From positions 1 through 64,000 of the IMG/VR virus record IMGVR_UViG_2706796482_000001: a stretch of DNA of 64,000 nucleotides; one strand, 5' to 3'. Below, piece by piece: positions 35,225 through 46,414 of the stretch. Numbering within the stretch: the stretch's first letter is position 1; the number at the start of each line of letters is the position of its first letter. A program made the translations under genes and the position numbers. The notes below the pieces were generated by a model. It worked only from the letters and a program-made list of their open reading frames with translations, searched no databases and was not told where the DNA came from. Source of the DNA: a virus (Duplodnaviria; Caudoviricetes).

Positions 35225-38200
35225 ATAGAGAACATTAATATCCGCTTTAGTGCTACAGCGGACTTCCGTGCGGCTTCCAGAGAAATTGAAGCCATTAACG
35301 CTCAGCTTGCAGCAATGCAGGCTAATTTGGCGCGCGGAATGACTCCTGCTGCACTTGCAACAAATCAGGCGGCATTCAGGAACAGCGTTCGCAGTCTCGG
35401 TAGCATGACTACCGAGACCATGCGTGTTGCCTCTGCGTCTGAGATGTACACCAAGGCGCTATTGAAGGAGGATATTACTCTTCGTCAGGCTCTAAAGAAC
35501 CGTACTACATTCAACCAGGTTCTTAGAGAACAGTACCAGTTGAGTAGAGCCGCTTCAATGCAGTGGAGCACAAATACGCGAGGCGGCTCTACCATGGACC
35601 TCATTGTTCCTCGTGATGCTCCAGCACGTCTAGGAAAATTCCGTCAAACGCTGGCAGCAGTCCGTGCAGGAACCATTTCTACAAACGTAGCGCTAGGCGA
35701 GATGGCCATCAAGATGGGTCTTGTCAGCCAGGTCGCTAACTCCGCAGCAGCCAACATGATTAAGTTTGGTAAGAACACTCAGTGGGCTGGTCGTCAGCTT
35801 ATGGTTGGTCTTACCCTTCCAGTTGTTGCGGCCGGTGCTGCAATGGGTAAGCTCGCTTACGACGTAGAAGCACAGATGACTCGTATCAACAAGGTATACG
35901 ACTTCTCTGTCAACAAGGACCAGGACGCAGCCAAGTACGCACAGGAAAGTTCAACCCTCAGAGCCAATTCTATGAGGGTTGCTAAGAATGCCGCAGAGCA
36001 GTTTGGTGCGTCAATGAAGGACACCCTGACCGTAGAAGCTAACCTAGCAGCGACCGGTGAAAAGGGTAATGAGCTTATTGGTAAGACAACTGAGGTTATG
36101 CGTCTAGCCACCCTTGGTGAAATGGATTACCAGCAGGCCCTTGAAACGACCATTACCTTGCAGTCAGTTTATGGAGACAACACATCCAAGCTGGCCGAAG
36201 ACTTCAACTACATGAACGCAGTAGAGAATGCAACCTCTCTATCCATTCAGGACTTCTCAAAGGCTCTACCAAAGGTAGCAGCTCCTATGAAGACTCTTAA
36301 TGGTACATTGCAGGACGCCGGTACTCTATTGGTAGCTATGCGTGCTCGTGGTATCAATGCTGTCGAAGGTGCAAACGCAATTAAGGCATCCTTCACCCGA
36401 GTATTGAAGCCAACCAAGCAGGCCAAGGACATGTTCCAGATTTTCACCAGGCAGTCATTGACAGAGCTTACTGACAAGACCAATGGTGAAGTCATTCCTA
36501 CTTTCCAGGCATTGCAGAAGGCTACCGCAAATCTAACCGGTAAGCGTCGTCAGGCCCTATTCGCCTCTCTATTCGGTACCCAGCAGACCACTCGTCTACA
36601 GGCAATCGTAGAGGAAATGGGTAATCTTGATGACGAAACAACTCAGGTTGGTAAGGCTTACAAGATTGCTCAGCAGGAATCAAGTGCATGGGCCGACAGT
36701 GCCAGTCGAGAGATGCAGCAGCTACAGCAGTCTGCTTCTGGTCGTCTAAAGATTGCTATTGAATCCCTAAAGGTTCAGCTTGCCGAAGCAGGTAAGCCAT
36801 TCCTTGAAATTGCAGGATACATCGTTGGTGGTGTGACTGCGATTGTCAAGGCATTTAACGACCTTCCAGGGCCAATCAAGTCATTCGCTAGCATTGCAAT
36901 TATTGCTGGTGCCATTGCGGGTCCTGTCATTATGCTTGTAGGTCTATTCGCTAACCTAGCAGGACAGGCAGTCAAGATGGGCGCAGGTCTTCTTGGACTC
37001 GTATTCCGATTCCGTGCGCTTCTGCCAGAACAGGTAGCATCCCGCCTTGCTTCAATGCAGCAGACGGCAGCAATGCAGACTCAGCAGGGCCAGACTCAGG
37101 CTCTTATCGCAACGGTAAATGAACTTACCGCAGCCCTTGGACGAGCAACAGCAGCTCAGCAGGGGCTAACTCAGGCATCCCGAACAACAGCAGCAGCAAC
37201 TGGAATTCGTCCAGGCGTTGTTTCTGGTGCCCCTCTTCCACCTGTAGTTCCAGCAACTCCAACCGTAACCGGACCAATCACAATGACTGGTGCGGGATAT
37301 CGTGATGCCGCTGGTCGTGCTCTTACTCAGGCAGAGGTAAGAAATTGGCAGGCGGCTCAGGCAGCTTCTGCAAGCATTAACAACAATGCCACGAACACTC
37401 GTCGTACCTGGCAGCAGATGGGAAGCAGTTTCCAGAACGTAGCTCTAGCAGCAGGATTCATGGGAACAATGGTTACCGATTCCGGAACCATGGCTAACAA
37501 CATTTCCCAGATGCTTATCCCTCTAGCTCTATTCGGTCCAATGCTTATCGGTCCTATCACCAAGTTTGCCGGTGCCATCAAGGGACTTGTTATGCCAGCA
37601 ATCAGTGCCATTGGCTCTGCTGCTACATCAGCATTTGGAACAGTAGCTACTAGAGGTCGAGCAGCCATGGGAGCAGTTCGTACTTCAATTGGTGGAGCAG
37701 TCGCAGCTATGGGTGGACTCAGCGCAGTCATGGGAACTGTTCTTGCAGTAGCGCTTGCCATTGGTGCAGCCTGGTACATCATTAACAAGAATGTGGCAGC
37801 CTCTCGTAAGGAGCAGGAGAATATTGAAAAGTCTTCTGAGGCATGGGCAAAGACTCTAGGATTCGCCTACACTGAGCAACAGAAGATTGTTGCACAGGGA
37901 ACTCATAATGTCTCTTCTCTGAACGACAAGATGAACGAATTCAAGAAGAACAACAAGGATGCCTACAACGACATTCAGAAGTTCTACGACTCAAAGGAAG
38001 CAGAGAAGTGGGGTCGTGCCATTGAAGAGGGTGTAAAGGTTCGTCTTCACGGTGGTACAAAGAGTGCAGCCGAAGAGGCTGTAAAAACCTCTCTTGCCAT
38101 CATGGGCCAGCGATATTCAAATGCCGAATTCCAGTACAAGCTAAAGGCGCAGATTGACTTTGACGACGTTTCTCAGGTTATCGAGAAGCGTCTAAAGGAT

Positions 38201-41200
38201 GCTGCCACCGATATGCGTGACGCCACCAACTTGAAGTTTGACCAGTCTAAGTCTGAGTCCTTCGGCCGATTCTTCGCCAATCCAGGAACCATTCAGCAGA
38301 AGGCCGGTGAGGCAGTAAAGCAGAACGCTAAGGATTTGTGGGACATCTATGACAATACTCAGGATGCAGAGAAGAAGAGGGTATTTGATAAGATTGCCAC
38401 CTCTGTAAACTCTGAGTCTGTCAAGCTATTTGAAACCTACAAGAAGAAGTATTCCAAGGAATTCAAGAAGATGGGAATCGAGACCTTCAAGGACTGGACT
38501 GACTATCTGAACAAGGATAGCAACATTGAGTCTGGTGTCGCTGACATTTCTCTTGGACAGAAGCTCGGTCTTTCTGATGGAGAAATCCACAAGGTCCAGC
38601 GAGCCGGTGACGCAGTAAAGGGCTTCTCTAAGGAATTCGCTGATATGCAGGGTATTCCAAAGGGCAAGGCTGGCGTCAACTTCAATGACCTGACAAAGGA
38701 ACTTCCTGAGCTACAGAAGACCAAGCAGGAGCTATGGTCTGTAAAGCAGGCTGAGGATGGATACTACACTGCGCTTCGTGAGAGAAGTCGTGTTGGTGTA
38801 AAGACCAGCGAGGCTGAAAAGCTTAACCAGCTCAACATCTATAGAAGATTGGCCGGTCTCGAAGAGGCGACCTCCCTTGAACAGGGATTCCAGAAGGAGC
38901 TAGACAAGTCAACTGATTCTCTTACCGAGAACATGAACGCATGGGAAGCAAACTCCGATAACATCGGAGACTTCACTGACGCCTATAAGAGCGTTATGTC
39001 AAATACTCGTGATGAAGCGTTGTCACAGGCAGAGTCTCTGCTCAATGACCAGATGCAGGGCGAGATTGATGGCATCAACGCTCGTGCAGAGTCACGCTCC
39101 AAGGCCCTGGATGCCGCTCAGGAAAAGGCGGATGACAGATTCGATGCGCGACAGGACAAGACTGAAAAGCGTTTTGAGGCGAAGCAGGAAGCCCTTGACA
39201 AGAGCTACGAGAAGAAGCAGAAGGCGTTTGACAAGCGCTGGGATAACATCATGGAAAACCACGACAAGAAGTGGGAAGGCCGTACTGATGCTATCAACAA
39301 GGCTTACGACGCAAAGGTCAAGAAGATTGATGCCGCAATCAAGGCTGAGGAGGATGCCGAGAACAAGCGTCAGGAAATCTTTGAGCGTGAAAAGACTCGT
39401 ATTCAGCGTGCTGCTCAGATGGCCAATCAGAACATCGACTTCAACATGGCTATCAATTCTGGTAACCTCGATGAGGCTGCCAAGATTGGTAATAACATGC
39501 AGGCAGACCTGGATTCATGGGCTGCCGAAGATGCCGCTGGCTCAAGCCAGTCTGCTTCTGACAAGAAGATTGAGAGTCTAAACAAGCAGAAGGAAACTGT
39601 TGAATCCGAAAGAGACCGTCGTCTCAAGGTCATTCAGCAGATGGAAGAGGCTGAAAAGAAGCAGCTAGCAGCACGTAAGGAGCGTGAGCAGGAAGCTCTA
39701 AACGCTCAGCGTGAAGCTGCCAACAAGGCTTTGCAGATTGCTCGTGAGACGGCACTCAAGAAGATTCAGATTGAGCGTGAGGCTTACAACAAGGGTATTC
39801 AGGCTCAGCGTGAGGCATTGCAGAAGGAGACCAACGATAAGATTAAGGCAACGCAGCGCAAGTATGAGGCTGCAAAGCGTGCCATTGAGCTTGAGCTTGC
39901 AACCCTAAAGGCATTCATTCCACGTAACAAGAAGGAACTCGATGGACAAATCAAGAAGATTGAAGAGGCTTATAAGAAGTATGGTGTGAACCTAAAGGGC
40001 AAGGGTAACGACTGGTCCAAGTACATCAAGGACAGCCTTAACAAGAATATCAAGGTTGCAGCCGAAGACCTAAAGAACAAGATTGCATGGGACAAGATTG
40101 CAAAGTCTGTCGCATCTGAAATCTCCGAAGGTGCATTCGGCTTGACAATTGGTCAGTTCTCCGATTGGGTTTCCACAGGTAAGCTTCCTAAGTCTGGTCT
40201 GAATGAGAAGTCCGGAAAGAACAAGTCTCTAGACGCTCACCACGAAGGTGGACTAATTGGTGGAGCTTCTGGTGGCTCTGGCCGTACTGGATATTCTGGT
40301 AGTCGTGCACATTCTGAAATGGACATCCGTGCCAAAAAGGGTGAGTTCATGATGAAGAACAAGGCTGTGGATAAGTACGGTCTTGACTTCATGGAGAACA
40401 TCAACTCTGGAAAGTTCGGAACTGGTGGAATTGGTGGAGCCGAAGGAATGGGTCTTCCAGGTCTTCTCGGTGCAGGAATGGCTGGTATGATGCAGGCAAT
40501 GATTCAGAAGGGTATTCAGCAGGGTGCCGACATGGCTATGATGATGGGCATTGATGGAATGGGTATTCCTGGAGCGGCTGGAATGTATGGTGGCGTTGGT
40601 CTAAATGCAGAGCAGCTACAGAATGCCGCAACCATTATTGCGACCGGTAAGGGAATGGGTGCAAACCAGACTGACCTTATCGTATCCATTATGACCGCTA
40701 TGCAGGAATCCACCCTACGTAATCTAAACTACGGTGACCGTGACTCTCTTGGTCTATTTCAGCAGCGTCCTTCACAGGGTTGGGGAACTCCTGAGCAGAT
40801 TCGTACTCCTTCTTATGCAGCCCGTAAGTTCTTTGAACACTTGCTTGCAATGAAGGGACGAGGCAAGCTACCTCTATGGGAGCAGGCTCAGAGAGTTCAG
40901 CGTTCTGGATTCCCAATGGCTTACGCAAAGTGGGAGCAGATGGCCCGTGCAGTTGTTGCTGGAACTGGATTCAAGGCATTCGGAAGTGGCGCAAAGCGTC
41001 GTCCTGTAAACGGCCCGGTATCCAGAGACTATGCTCACCACTCTAATCTACCTAGAGCTACTGACTTTGGTGTTGGAGTAGGTACACCAGTCTATGCAGC
41101 AATGAACGGTAATGTCACCACCTCCACAGACCTTCGTGGAAACGGCAATGGCGGATACCGCTCATACGGTCGATACGTAGTCGTTCAGAACGGTTCTGAG

Positions 41201-41626
41201 AAGACTCTGTACGCTCACCTTAGCCGTAGAAATGTAGGCGCAGGTTCAAGCGTTCGTGCAGGACAGCTTCTTGGTTACTCTGGTAACACAGGTAATTCAA
41301 CTGGTCCTCACCTTCACTTTGAAACATGGCGCGGTGGTCAGACAGTATCTCCAGGTACCTTTGGAATCCCTGGTCTTGCAGTAGGTGGAAAGGTCAAGTA
41401 CGACAACACCATTGCTAACCTTCACAAGAATGAGGCAGTTCTTACAGCTCCACTCACAGCAAAGCTTGAGAATGGAATTGAGAAGATTGACTCAGGAGGC
41501 GGTAACACGTACAATTTCAATATCAATGCAGAAGCAATTAACACTGAAATTGATTTCGAGAAGGTTGTTACCAAGGCTCTCGACAGAATCGAAAGCAAGA
41601 AGGGAAGGAGTAGGGTCGTCAAGTAA
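35225..41626 (+). CDS. Tape measure protein with C-terminal transglycosylase-like and M23 peptidase domains
   Basis: >2100 aa, helical; AMQES...LGLFQQRPSQGWG; GNTGNSTGPHLHFE; frame open upstream of ATG 35315. Confidence 0.92.
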   Translation: MENINIRFSATADFRAASREIEAINAQLAAMQANLARGMTPAALATNQAAFRNSVRSLGSMTTETMRVASASEMYTKALLKEDITLRQALKNRTTFNQVLREQYQLSRAASMQWSTNTRGGSTMDLIVPRDAPARLGKFRQTLAAVRAGTISTNVALGEMAIKMGLVSQVANSAAANMIKFGKNTQWAGRQLMVGLTLPVVAAGAAMGKLAYDVEAQMTRINKVYDFSVNKDQDAAKYAQESSTLRANSMRVAKNAAEQFGASMKDTLTVEANLAATGEKGNELIGKTTEVMRLATLGEMDYQQALETTITLQSVYGDNTSKLAEDFNYMNAVENATSLSIQDFSKALPKVAAPMKTLNGTLQDAGTLLVAMRARGINAVEGANAIKASFTRVLKPTKQAKDMFQIFTRQSLTELTDKTNGEVIPTFQALQKATANLTGKRRQALFASLFGTQQTTRLQAIVEEMGNLDDETTQVGKAYKIAQQESSAWADSASREMQQLQQSASGRLKIAIESLKVQLAEAGKPFLEIAGYIVGGVTAIVKAFNDLPGPIKSFASIAIIAGAIAGPVIMLVGLFANLAGQAVKMGAGLLGLVFRFRALLPEQVASRLASMQQTAAMQTQQGQTQALIATVNELTAALGRATAAQQGLTQASRTTAAATGIRPGVVSGAPLPPVVPATPTVTGPITMTGAGYRDAAGRALTQAEVRNWQAAQAASASINNNATNTRRTWQQMGSSFQNVALAAGFMGTMVTDSGTMANNISQMLIPLALFGPMLIGPITKFAGAIKGLVMPAISAIGSAATSAFGTVATRGRAAMGAVRTSIGGAVAAMGGLSAVMGTVLAVALAIGAAWYIINKNVAASRKEQENIEKSSEAWAKTLGFAYTEQQKIVAQGTHNVSSLNDKMNEFKKNNKDAYNDIQKFYDSKEAEKWGRAIEEGVKVRLHGGTKSAAEEAVKTSLAIMGQRYSNAEFQYKLKAQIDFDDVSQVIEKRLKDAATDMRDATNLKFDQSKSESFGRFFANPGTIQQKAGEAVKQNAKDLWDIYDNTQDAEKKRVFDKIATSVNSESVKLFETYKKKYSKEFKKMGIETFKDWTDYLNKDSNIESGVADISLGQKLGLSDGEIHKVQRAGDAVKGFSKEFADMQGIPKGKAGVNFNDLTKELPELQKTKQELWSVKQAEDGYYTALRERSRVGVKTSEAEKLNQLNIYRRLAGLEEATSLEQGFQKELDKSTDSLTENMNAWEANSDNIGDFTDAYKSVMSNTRDEALSQAESLLNDQMQGEIDGINARAESRSKALDAAQEKADDRFDARQDKTEKRFEAKQEALDKSYEKKQKAFDKRWDNIMENHDKKWEGRTDAINKAYDAKVKKIDAAIKAEEDAENKRQEIFEREKTRIQRAAQMANQNIDFNMAINSGNLDEAAKIGNNMQADLDSWAAEDAAGSSQSASDKKIESLNKQKETVESERDRRLKVIQQMEEAEKKQLAARKEREQEALNAQREAANKALQIARETALKKIQIEREAYNKGIQAQREALQKETNDKIKATQRKYEAAKRAIELELATLKAFIPRNKKELDGQIKKIEEAYKKYGVNLKGKGNDWSKYIKDSLNKNIKVAAEDLKNKIAWDKIAKSVASEISEGAFGLTIGQFSDWVSTGKLPKSGLNEKSGKNKSLDAHHEGGLIGGASGGSGRTGYSGSRAHSEMDIRAKKGEFMMKNKAVDKYGLDFMENINSGKFGTGGIGGAEGMGLPGLLGAGMAGMMQAMIQKGIQQGADMAMMMGIDGMGIPGAAGMYGGVGLNAEQLQNAATIIATGKGMGANQTDLIVSIMTAMQESTLRNLNYGDRDSLGLFQQRPSQGWGTPEQIRTPSYAARKFFEHLLAMKGRGKLPLWEQAQRVQRSGFPMAYAKWEQMARAVVAGTGFKAFGSGAKRRPVNGPVSRDYAHHSNLPRATDFGVGVGTPVYAAMNGNVTTSTDLRGNGNGGYRSYGRYVVVQNGSEKTLYAHLSRRNVGAGSSVRAGQLLGYSGNTGNSTGPHLHFETWRGGQTVSPGTFGIPGLAVGGKVKYDNTIANLHKNEAVLTAPLTAKLENGIEKIDSGGGNTYNFNINAEAINTEIDFEKVVTKALDRIESKKGRSRVVK

Positions 41627-42027
41627 TGGCTATTACATTTGCTAAGCCTCGTCTGATGCGTTTCAGCAATAACGCAGTGACAGACCACAACCGTGGAGAA
41701 CTGTCCATCGACGTAGAGCGAATTGAAAAGAAGCAGCGCATGGCAGACGGTACTATGCGAAAGTACATTGTTGCAGACAAGCGTACTTTCGGTGTGTCAT
41801 GGCAGAACCTACCGCATTCTTCCTCCTATACGGTAGACGGTTTCTGGGGTGCGCGTCAATTGAAATCATTCTTTGACGCCACCCCAGGGGCCTTTACGTT
41901 GGAATTGACGTATGGAGACGGAACTGTGGAAACATATCAGGTCATGTTTTCTGACTTCAACATGAACCTGACTAAGCGTGGAGCTTACGATTTTTATGAA
42001 GTCACACTTTCAATGGAACAGGTATAA
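41626..42027 (+). CDS. Minor tail (distal tail-like) protein
   Basis: Directly after the tape measure gene. Confidence 0.7.
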   Translation: MAITFAKPRLMRFSNNAVTDHNRGELSIDVERIEKKQRMADGTMRKYIVADKRTFGVSWQNLPHSSSYTVDGFWGARQLKSFFDATPGAFTLELTYGDGTVETYQVMFSDFNMNLTKRGAYDFYEVTLSMEQV

Positions 42028-45000
42028 TGCAGACAACAACATTTGAAGTCAATAAGCTTTTGAAGGAGGGGCTTGCCGTTAAGGCACTGCCCCAGCTTAT
42101 TGCTGAATGGAACATGAATCGTTATGCTGGTATTCAGACAGTAGACAGCACCCCGACAGAGTACGATGAGGGTGACCCAGAATATTACCCAATTGAATCC
42201 ATTGCCGACCCTCTGCGACCATCCAAGAGTGGTATTGTCAAGGCACGCGCAAGCGTGGAGGGAATTGTCTCTGAATATACAGACAGGCCCGGCAATAAGA
42301 GGTATTACCTTTCCGGACTAGATGACCCATACAAGTATTGGAGCAGCCCAAAGGCTAGCTCTAATGTGGGTGGACAGAATGGATTTACAACGACTGTTCG
42401 CCCATACATTGTCTATAAGACCGCTTCATGGGTCAACAAGATTTATCTGCTTTTCGAGAACACAGCATCATTCCCTGTTGATTACGATATTGACGTAACG
42501 ACTGACGGAACCACGTGGACTACTGTCGGTGGAGATATTCAGCCTCCAGCAGATGGAAAGGTTACTCTATATCGACAGGCTAATGGTACATGGGGAACAA
42601 CTGTCTACCGAAACAATCCGGTAAAGCTTAAGGGCATTCGCATCAAGGTAAATACCATTTCAGCTCTAGGAAAGTACCTGGAGCTGATTGAGATGTCCCT
42701 GCGTCTTGAGCAAGATTTGACGTCTACGCTTATCAGCAGCGATTCTCAGTTCAGCATGGGAACGACCTCATTCGTCACTCCTTTGGGTGGAGCCTCATCC
42801 AATACTGCTAGCATTCAGCTATCAAATATTGATGGTCGTTACAACAACACCAATGACGAATCTCTCTTCTATGGCCTCATCGACAAGAACGTAAAGTTCA
42901 CTTACAGCATTGGTTATGACACAACGCCGGTAGGTGGAAGTGGAATGGTCTATATCAGAGAATACACCATGTTCGCTGATAGTTGGGCGGGTCAGGGAGA
43001 AGAGGTTGCAACAGTCTCCATGAAGGATGCCTCCAAGTTCTTGCAGGAAATGAAGCCTCCTAAGATGTTCTTCGAGAACATGACCCTTGCCCGAATTGTT
43101 TGGCAGCTTTGTGACATCATGGGATTCAGCGACTATGCCTACGAAAAGATTGATGACGACAAGGCAACTATCGTTCCTTACTTCTGGACTGATGGAGAGA
43201 AGACGATTTGGGAAATCTTCTCAAGCCTAGCAGTCACCACTCAGAGTGCAATCTACTTTGACGAATTCGGTATCCTACAGATTCTCACAAGAGACAAGGC
43301 TTACAACATTGGTAATCCAATCGCCTGGCAGCTTGACGGTCTAAAGAATGGAACAAAGCAGCCTGATATCGTTGACCTTTCTCAGCAGTATGACTATGAA
43401 GCCAACAATGTCACAGTTCGCTACTCAAAGGCGACTATGTCTGAGACGCAGCAGGGTCGTACTCCAGTAATGGACATCGTCTGGCAGCCAGAAGGCGATG
43501 TCGTATTGCGCTCAAGCCAGCTACGAGAAGCAATGAATAGCTCACAGATGTTTATCAGAATGACCGGTAGCGAAGCGGCCACTTGGCCATATCAGGGAAT
43601 CATCGAATGTGAAGGTGAGCTGATGCGCTATGACGCCAAGGGATATTGGTATTACAACAAATCTGGTGTCAGCACGTTCAAGGCTATCAAGTCTGCCGAT
43701 GAAAAGAAGCAGATTGATGAGGAGCTAAGCTCTCCTGAGCTTAAGTACAAGAATGCTTTCTCTGGTTGGTTCCGCATTACGGAGAGAGGTCTTTGGAACA
43801 CCTATCCAGCAGCTCATACAGATGACGCAAACGGATATGGAGTCAAGGTAGCAAACTACAAGGGTGACTACAAGACCTGGCGAGGGGGCTTTGTTCACAA
43901 CAAGGACCAGTCAACAGTCAGCTTGAAGGCCACCACAACGACCAATGTAAATACTTGTTACGTAGCCTCACGAGGTAGCGAAACAGATAAAAGCATTTGG
44001 TACGTGGGCACCAGGCTACGTTTCAGGGACTCTGGATACAAGCACGGAATGGCAGGCATCGCTTTCAATCTAGGTTCAAAGGACAAGGGCTACTACATGG
44101 AGATTTGTCGAACTGACAGACTTCCTGGTGGACGAAAGTATCAGAATGAAATCAACTTCTACATTCGTAGAAGCAATGGAAAGCTGGAACGATTTGGTCC
44201 TGACAAGGGCAAGGGTGTCGCAATGGCTATCTCCAAGAACATCTGGTACGACATTGACATTGCCATTCGAATGGAGAACGGTGTCTATGGAGACCCAGGA
44301 GCCTTTGTTGGTCACGTCATTCAGGTCAGTATCAATGGCCAGAACAAGATGACCTTCACCATTCCAAGGGCAAAGAAGGAACCTCTAACAGGTCGCTTTG
44401 GCGTCTTTACTCGTGGAAGCACTCACGCCGACTTTGAGTATCTGTACGGAAACGGAACAACAGAGGACTTGCACATTGACACTACAGGATTCTTCGACAG
44501 AATTCGAGGCGGTATTGTAAGTAGCCAGGCTTATACAGAATGGCTTTACAAGTGGCACTACACCAGCCACATCGTCAAGAAAAAGAAGAAGTATCTGTGG
44601 GCCAGATATGCAAATCGATTCTTCGATGATTTCGGAGCAATCTGTCATGAAGTGAGAGAGTTTGATGTGAAGTTTGATAAGGCACCAGCCGTTCATTCCA
44701 ACATCTATTTCTCAAACAATACACAGATTGTTTGTCCAGAATATCAGTCCGACCCATTTGGAGCTAAGTTCATTCTGGCCAATGCCTATCGAAGTAATGC
44801 AATCGTCAATGGTGAGGATACCCTCACCTATGGAGCAGACAATTCTATTGAACAGAAGCTGATGATTTATGGTCGAACCATTACTAAGGAAGATGAAAAG
44901 ACAATCATCTCAAAGAATGATGATGCTATTCGTCGTCGTGGTCAGGTCGATACAGAAATTCAGCCTGAATGGATTCAGTCTGAGAGTGGTGCACAGGCCC

Positions 45001-45221
45001 TTGCTGATTGGGTAACTCATCATTGGGCAGACGGTTGTGACGAGGTGGAAGCTGAAATCTTTGGCAACCCATTGCTACAGCTTGGAGATATCGTCTCAGT
45101 CAATTATCCACAGAAGGATTTCGACCCGGTACATCACAGGTACTTTGTAGTTGAAGTCCAAAGAGGATATGACACTGGATACGACAACACGAAGCTCACG
45201 TTGCGCAGAGTCAAGATTTAA
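42027..45221 (+). CDS. Minor tail protein (hub/Tal-like)
   Basis: 1064 aa; C-terminal GNPLLQLGDIVSV. Confidence 0.75.
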   Translation: MQTTTFEVNKLLKEGLAVKALPQLIAEWNMNRYAGIQTVDSTPTEYDEGDPEYYPIESIADPLRPSKSGIVKARASVEGIVSEYTDRPGNKRYYLSGLDDPYKYWSSPKASSNVGGQNGFTTTVRPYIVYKTASWVNKIYLLFENTASFPVDYDIDVTTDGTTWTTVGGDIQPPADGKVTLYRQANGTWGTTVYRNNPVKLKGIRIKVNTISALGKYLELIEMSLRLEQDLTSTLISSDSQFSMGTTSFVTPLGGASSNTASIQLSNIDGRYNNTNDESLFYGLIDKNVKFTYSIGYDTTPVGGSGMVYIREYTMFADSWAGQGEEVATVSMKDASKFLQEMKPPKMFFENMTLARIVWQLCDIMGFSDYAYEKIDDDKATIVPYFWTDGEKTIWEIFSSLAVTTQSAIYFDEFGILQILTRDKAYNIGNPIAWQLDGLKNGTKQPDIVDLSQQYDYEANNVTVRYSKATMSETQQGRTPVMDIVWQPEGDVVLRSSQLREAMNSSQMFIRMTGSEAATWPYQGIIECEGELMRYDAKGYWYYNKSGVSTFKAIKSADEKKQIDEELSSPELKYKNAFSGWFRITERGLWNTYPAAHTDDANGYGVKVANYKGDYKTWRGGFVHNKDQSTVSLKATTTTNVNTCYVASRGSETDKSIWYVGTRLRFRDSGYKHGMAGIAFNLGSKDKGYYMEICRTDRLPGGRKYQNEINFYIRRSNGKLERFGPDKGKGVAMAISKNIWYDIDIAIRMENGVYGDPGAFVGHVIQVSINGQNKMTFTIPRAKKEPLTGRFGVFTRGSTHADFEYLYGNGTTEDLHIDTTGFFDRIRGGIVSSQAYTEWLYKWHYTSHIVKKKKKYLWARYANRFFDDFGAICHEVREFDVKFDKAPAVHSNIYFSNNTQIVCPEYQSDPFGAKFILANAYRSNAIVNGEDTLTYGADNSIEQKLMIYGRTITKEDEKTIISKNDDAIRRRGQVDTEIQPEWIQSESGAQALADWVTHHWADGCDEVEAEIFGNPLLQLGDIVSVNYPQKDFDPVHHRYFVVEVQRGYDTGYDNTKLTLRRVKI

Positions 45222-45257
45222 TTTTGCCTTTGTGCAACTCTGAGATATAATCAATCC

Positions 45258-45620
45258 ATGAGCATTAACAGCAATCAAATCATCAAGAAGCCTGATGTCG
45301 TCATCGACCCCAATTTCTTTCTTCCACCTGGGGTCGTTGATGCTCGTTACCCAAACGAGATTGAAGTCACCACAGACGAAATCACTGATGTTGTAGACAC
45401 AGATGATGTACTCGATGCTGATAGTGACACAATTCTGGACGAGCCAGAAGAGACTGGTGAGGATAATGACACTGTAATCCTATATCCACCTGACACAGTA
45501 ATTGTTGTGAGCCAGACTATTCGTTTTGATGGTTCTGGCAAGCAGGTGGTAGATGTGATTCTGGAAGTGCCAGATGTTCAGGACTCCATTCAGGTAGACG
45601 TTAGGATGACAAAGGCATGA
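45258..45620 (+). CDS. Minor tail protein, leaderless
   Basis: TATAAT-N6-ATG; synteny. Confidence 0.65.
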   Translation: MSINSNQIIKKPDVVIDPNFFLPPGVVDARYPNEIEVTTDEITDVVDTDDVLDADSDTILDEPEETGEDNDTVILYPPDTVIVVSQTIRFDGSGKQVVDVILEVPDVQDSIQVDVRMTKA

Positions 45621-46414
45621 TAACAACTCAGGGAAAGTCAGTAATCTTTAGATATCTAGCAGGAAATCTTCCACGTATCGCAGAGTCAATTGCGGTGGGA
45701 ATCGGCAACTCAGCAGAGAATGTCAATGACACCATTCTTGATTTTGAGACGGAAAGAATTCCTGTTACTTTGGTGTCTGCTGATATTCTGAATGACAAAA
45801 TCGTCTTCAAGGGAACCATTCCACAAGAATATGTAGGAACCATCTATGAGGTAGGTCTTTGGTACGGAATTCCTCCACAGACATCCGGTGGAAGCACAGT
45901 CATCGTAAGCTTTGATTCTGATACAGAAGGCTGGCTGCCAGCAACATGGAATACGTCTGTAGCACGAATTGGTGTAGATGGATTGCAGGTGGCTGGAGGG
46001 GCTAGCTCAAAGCTTTCCGACATTGCCCTAGATATGTCTGTATACTCAGATGCAGATTTCATGTCTCTGGCCTATAACGCAGATGCAGCAATCAACAATG
46101 TTGCTATCAGATTCAGTACAGACGACACAAACTATTACGAATACAGTTTTGTGGCTGCCACTGGTTATGAAATCAAGACCATGGGCAAGACAGCTTTTAC
46201 AGCAACTGGAACTCCTGATTGGAGCAATATCACTTCAATCACTGTTTCAGCGACCGGTACAGGAAATGTAGTTTTTGATGGTATTAGAGCAGAAGATGCA
46301 GATACCATCAGTACAGACTACGCCCTTGTTGCCAGGTCAGTCCTCGGTACTCCAAAGGTGAAAACCTCAGACACCGAAATGGACATTGAGTACGCATTGG
46401 AAATTAATATATGA
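45617..46414 (+). CDS. Minor tail protein
   Basis: MITTQGK...IAVGIG...IYEVGL motif. Confidence 0.7.
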   Translation: MITTQGKSVIFRYLAGNLPRIAESIAVGIGNSAENVNDTILDFETERIPVTLVSADILNDKIVFKGTIPQEYVGTIYEVGLWYGIPPQTSGGSTVIVSFDSDTEGWLPATWNTSVARIGVDGLQVAGGASSKLSDIALDMSVYSDADFMSLAYNADAAINNVAIRFSTDDTNYYEYSFVAATGYEIKTMGKTAFTATGTPDWSNITSITVSATGTGNVVFDGIRAEDADTISTDYALVARSVLGTPKVKTSDTEMDIEYALEINI

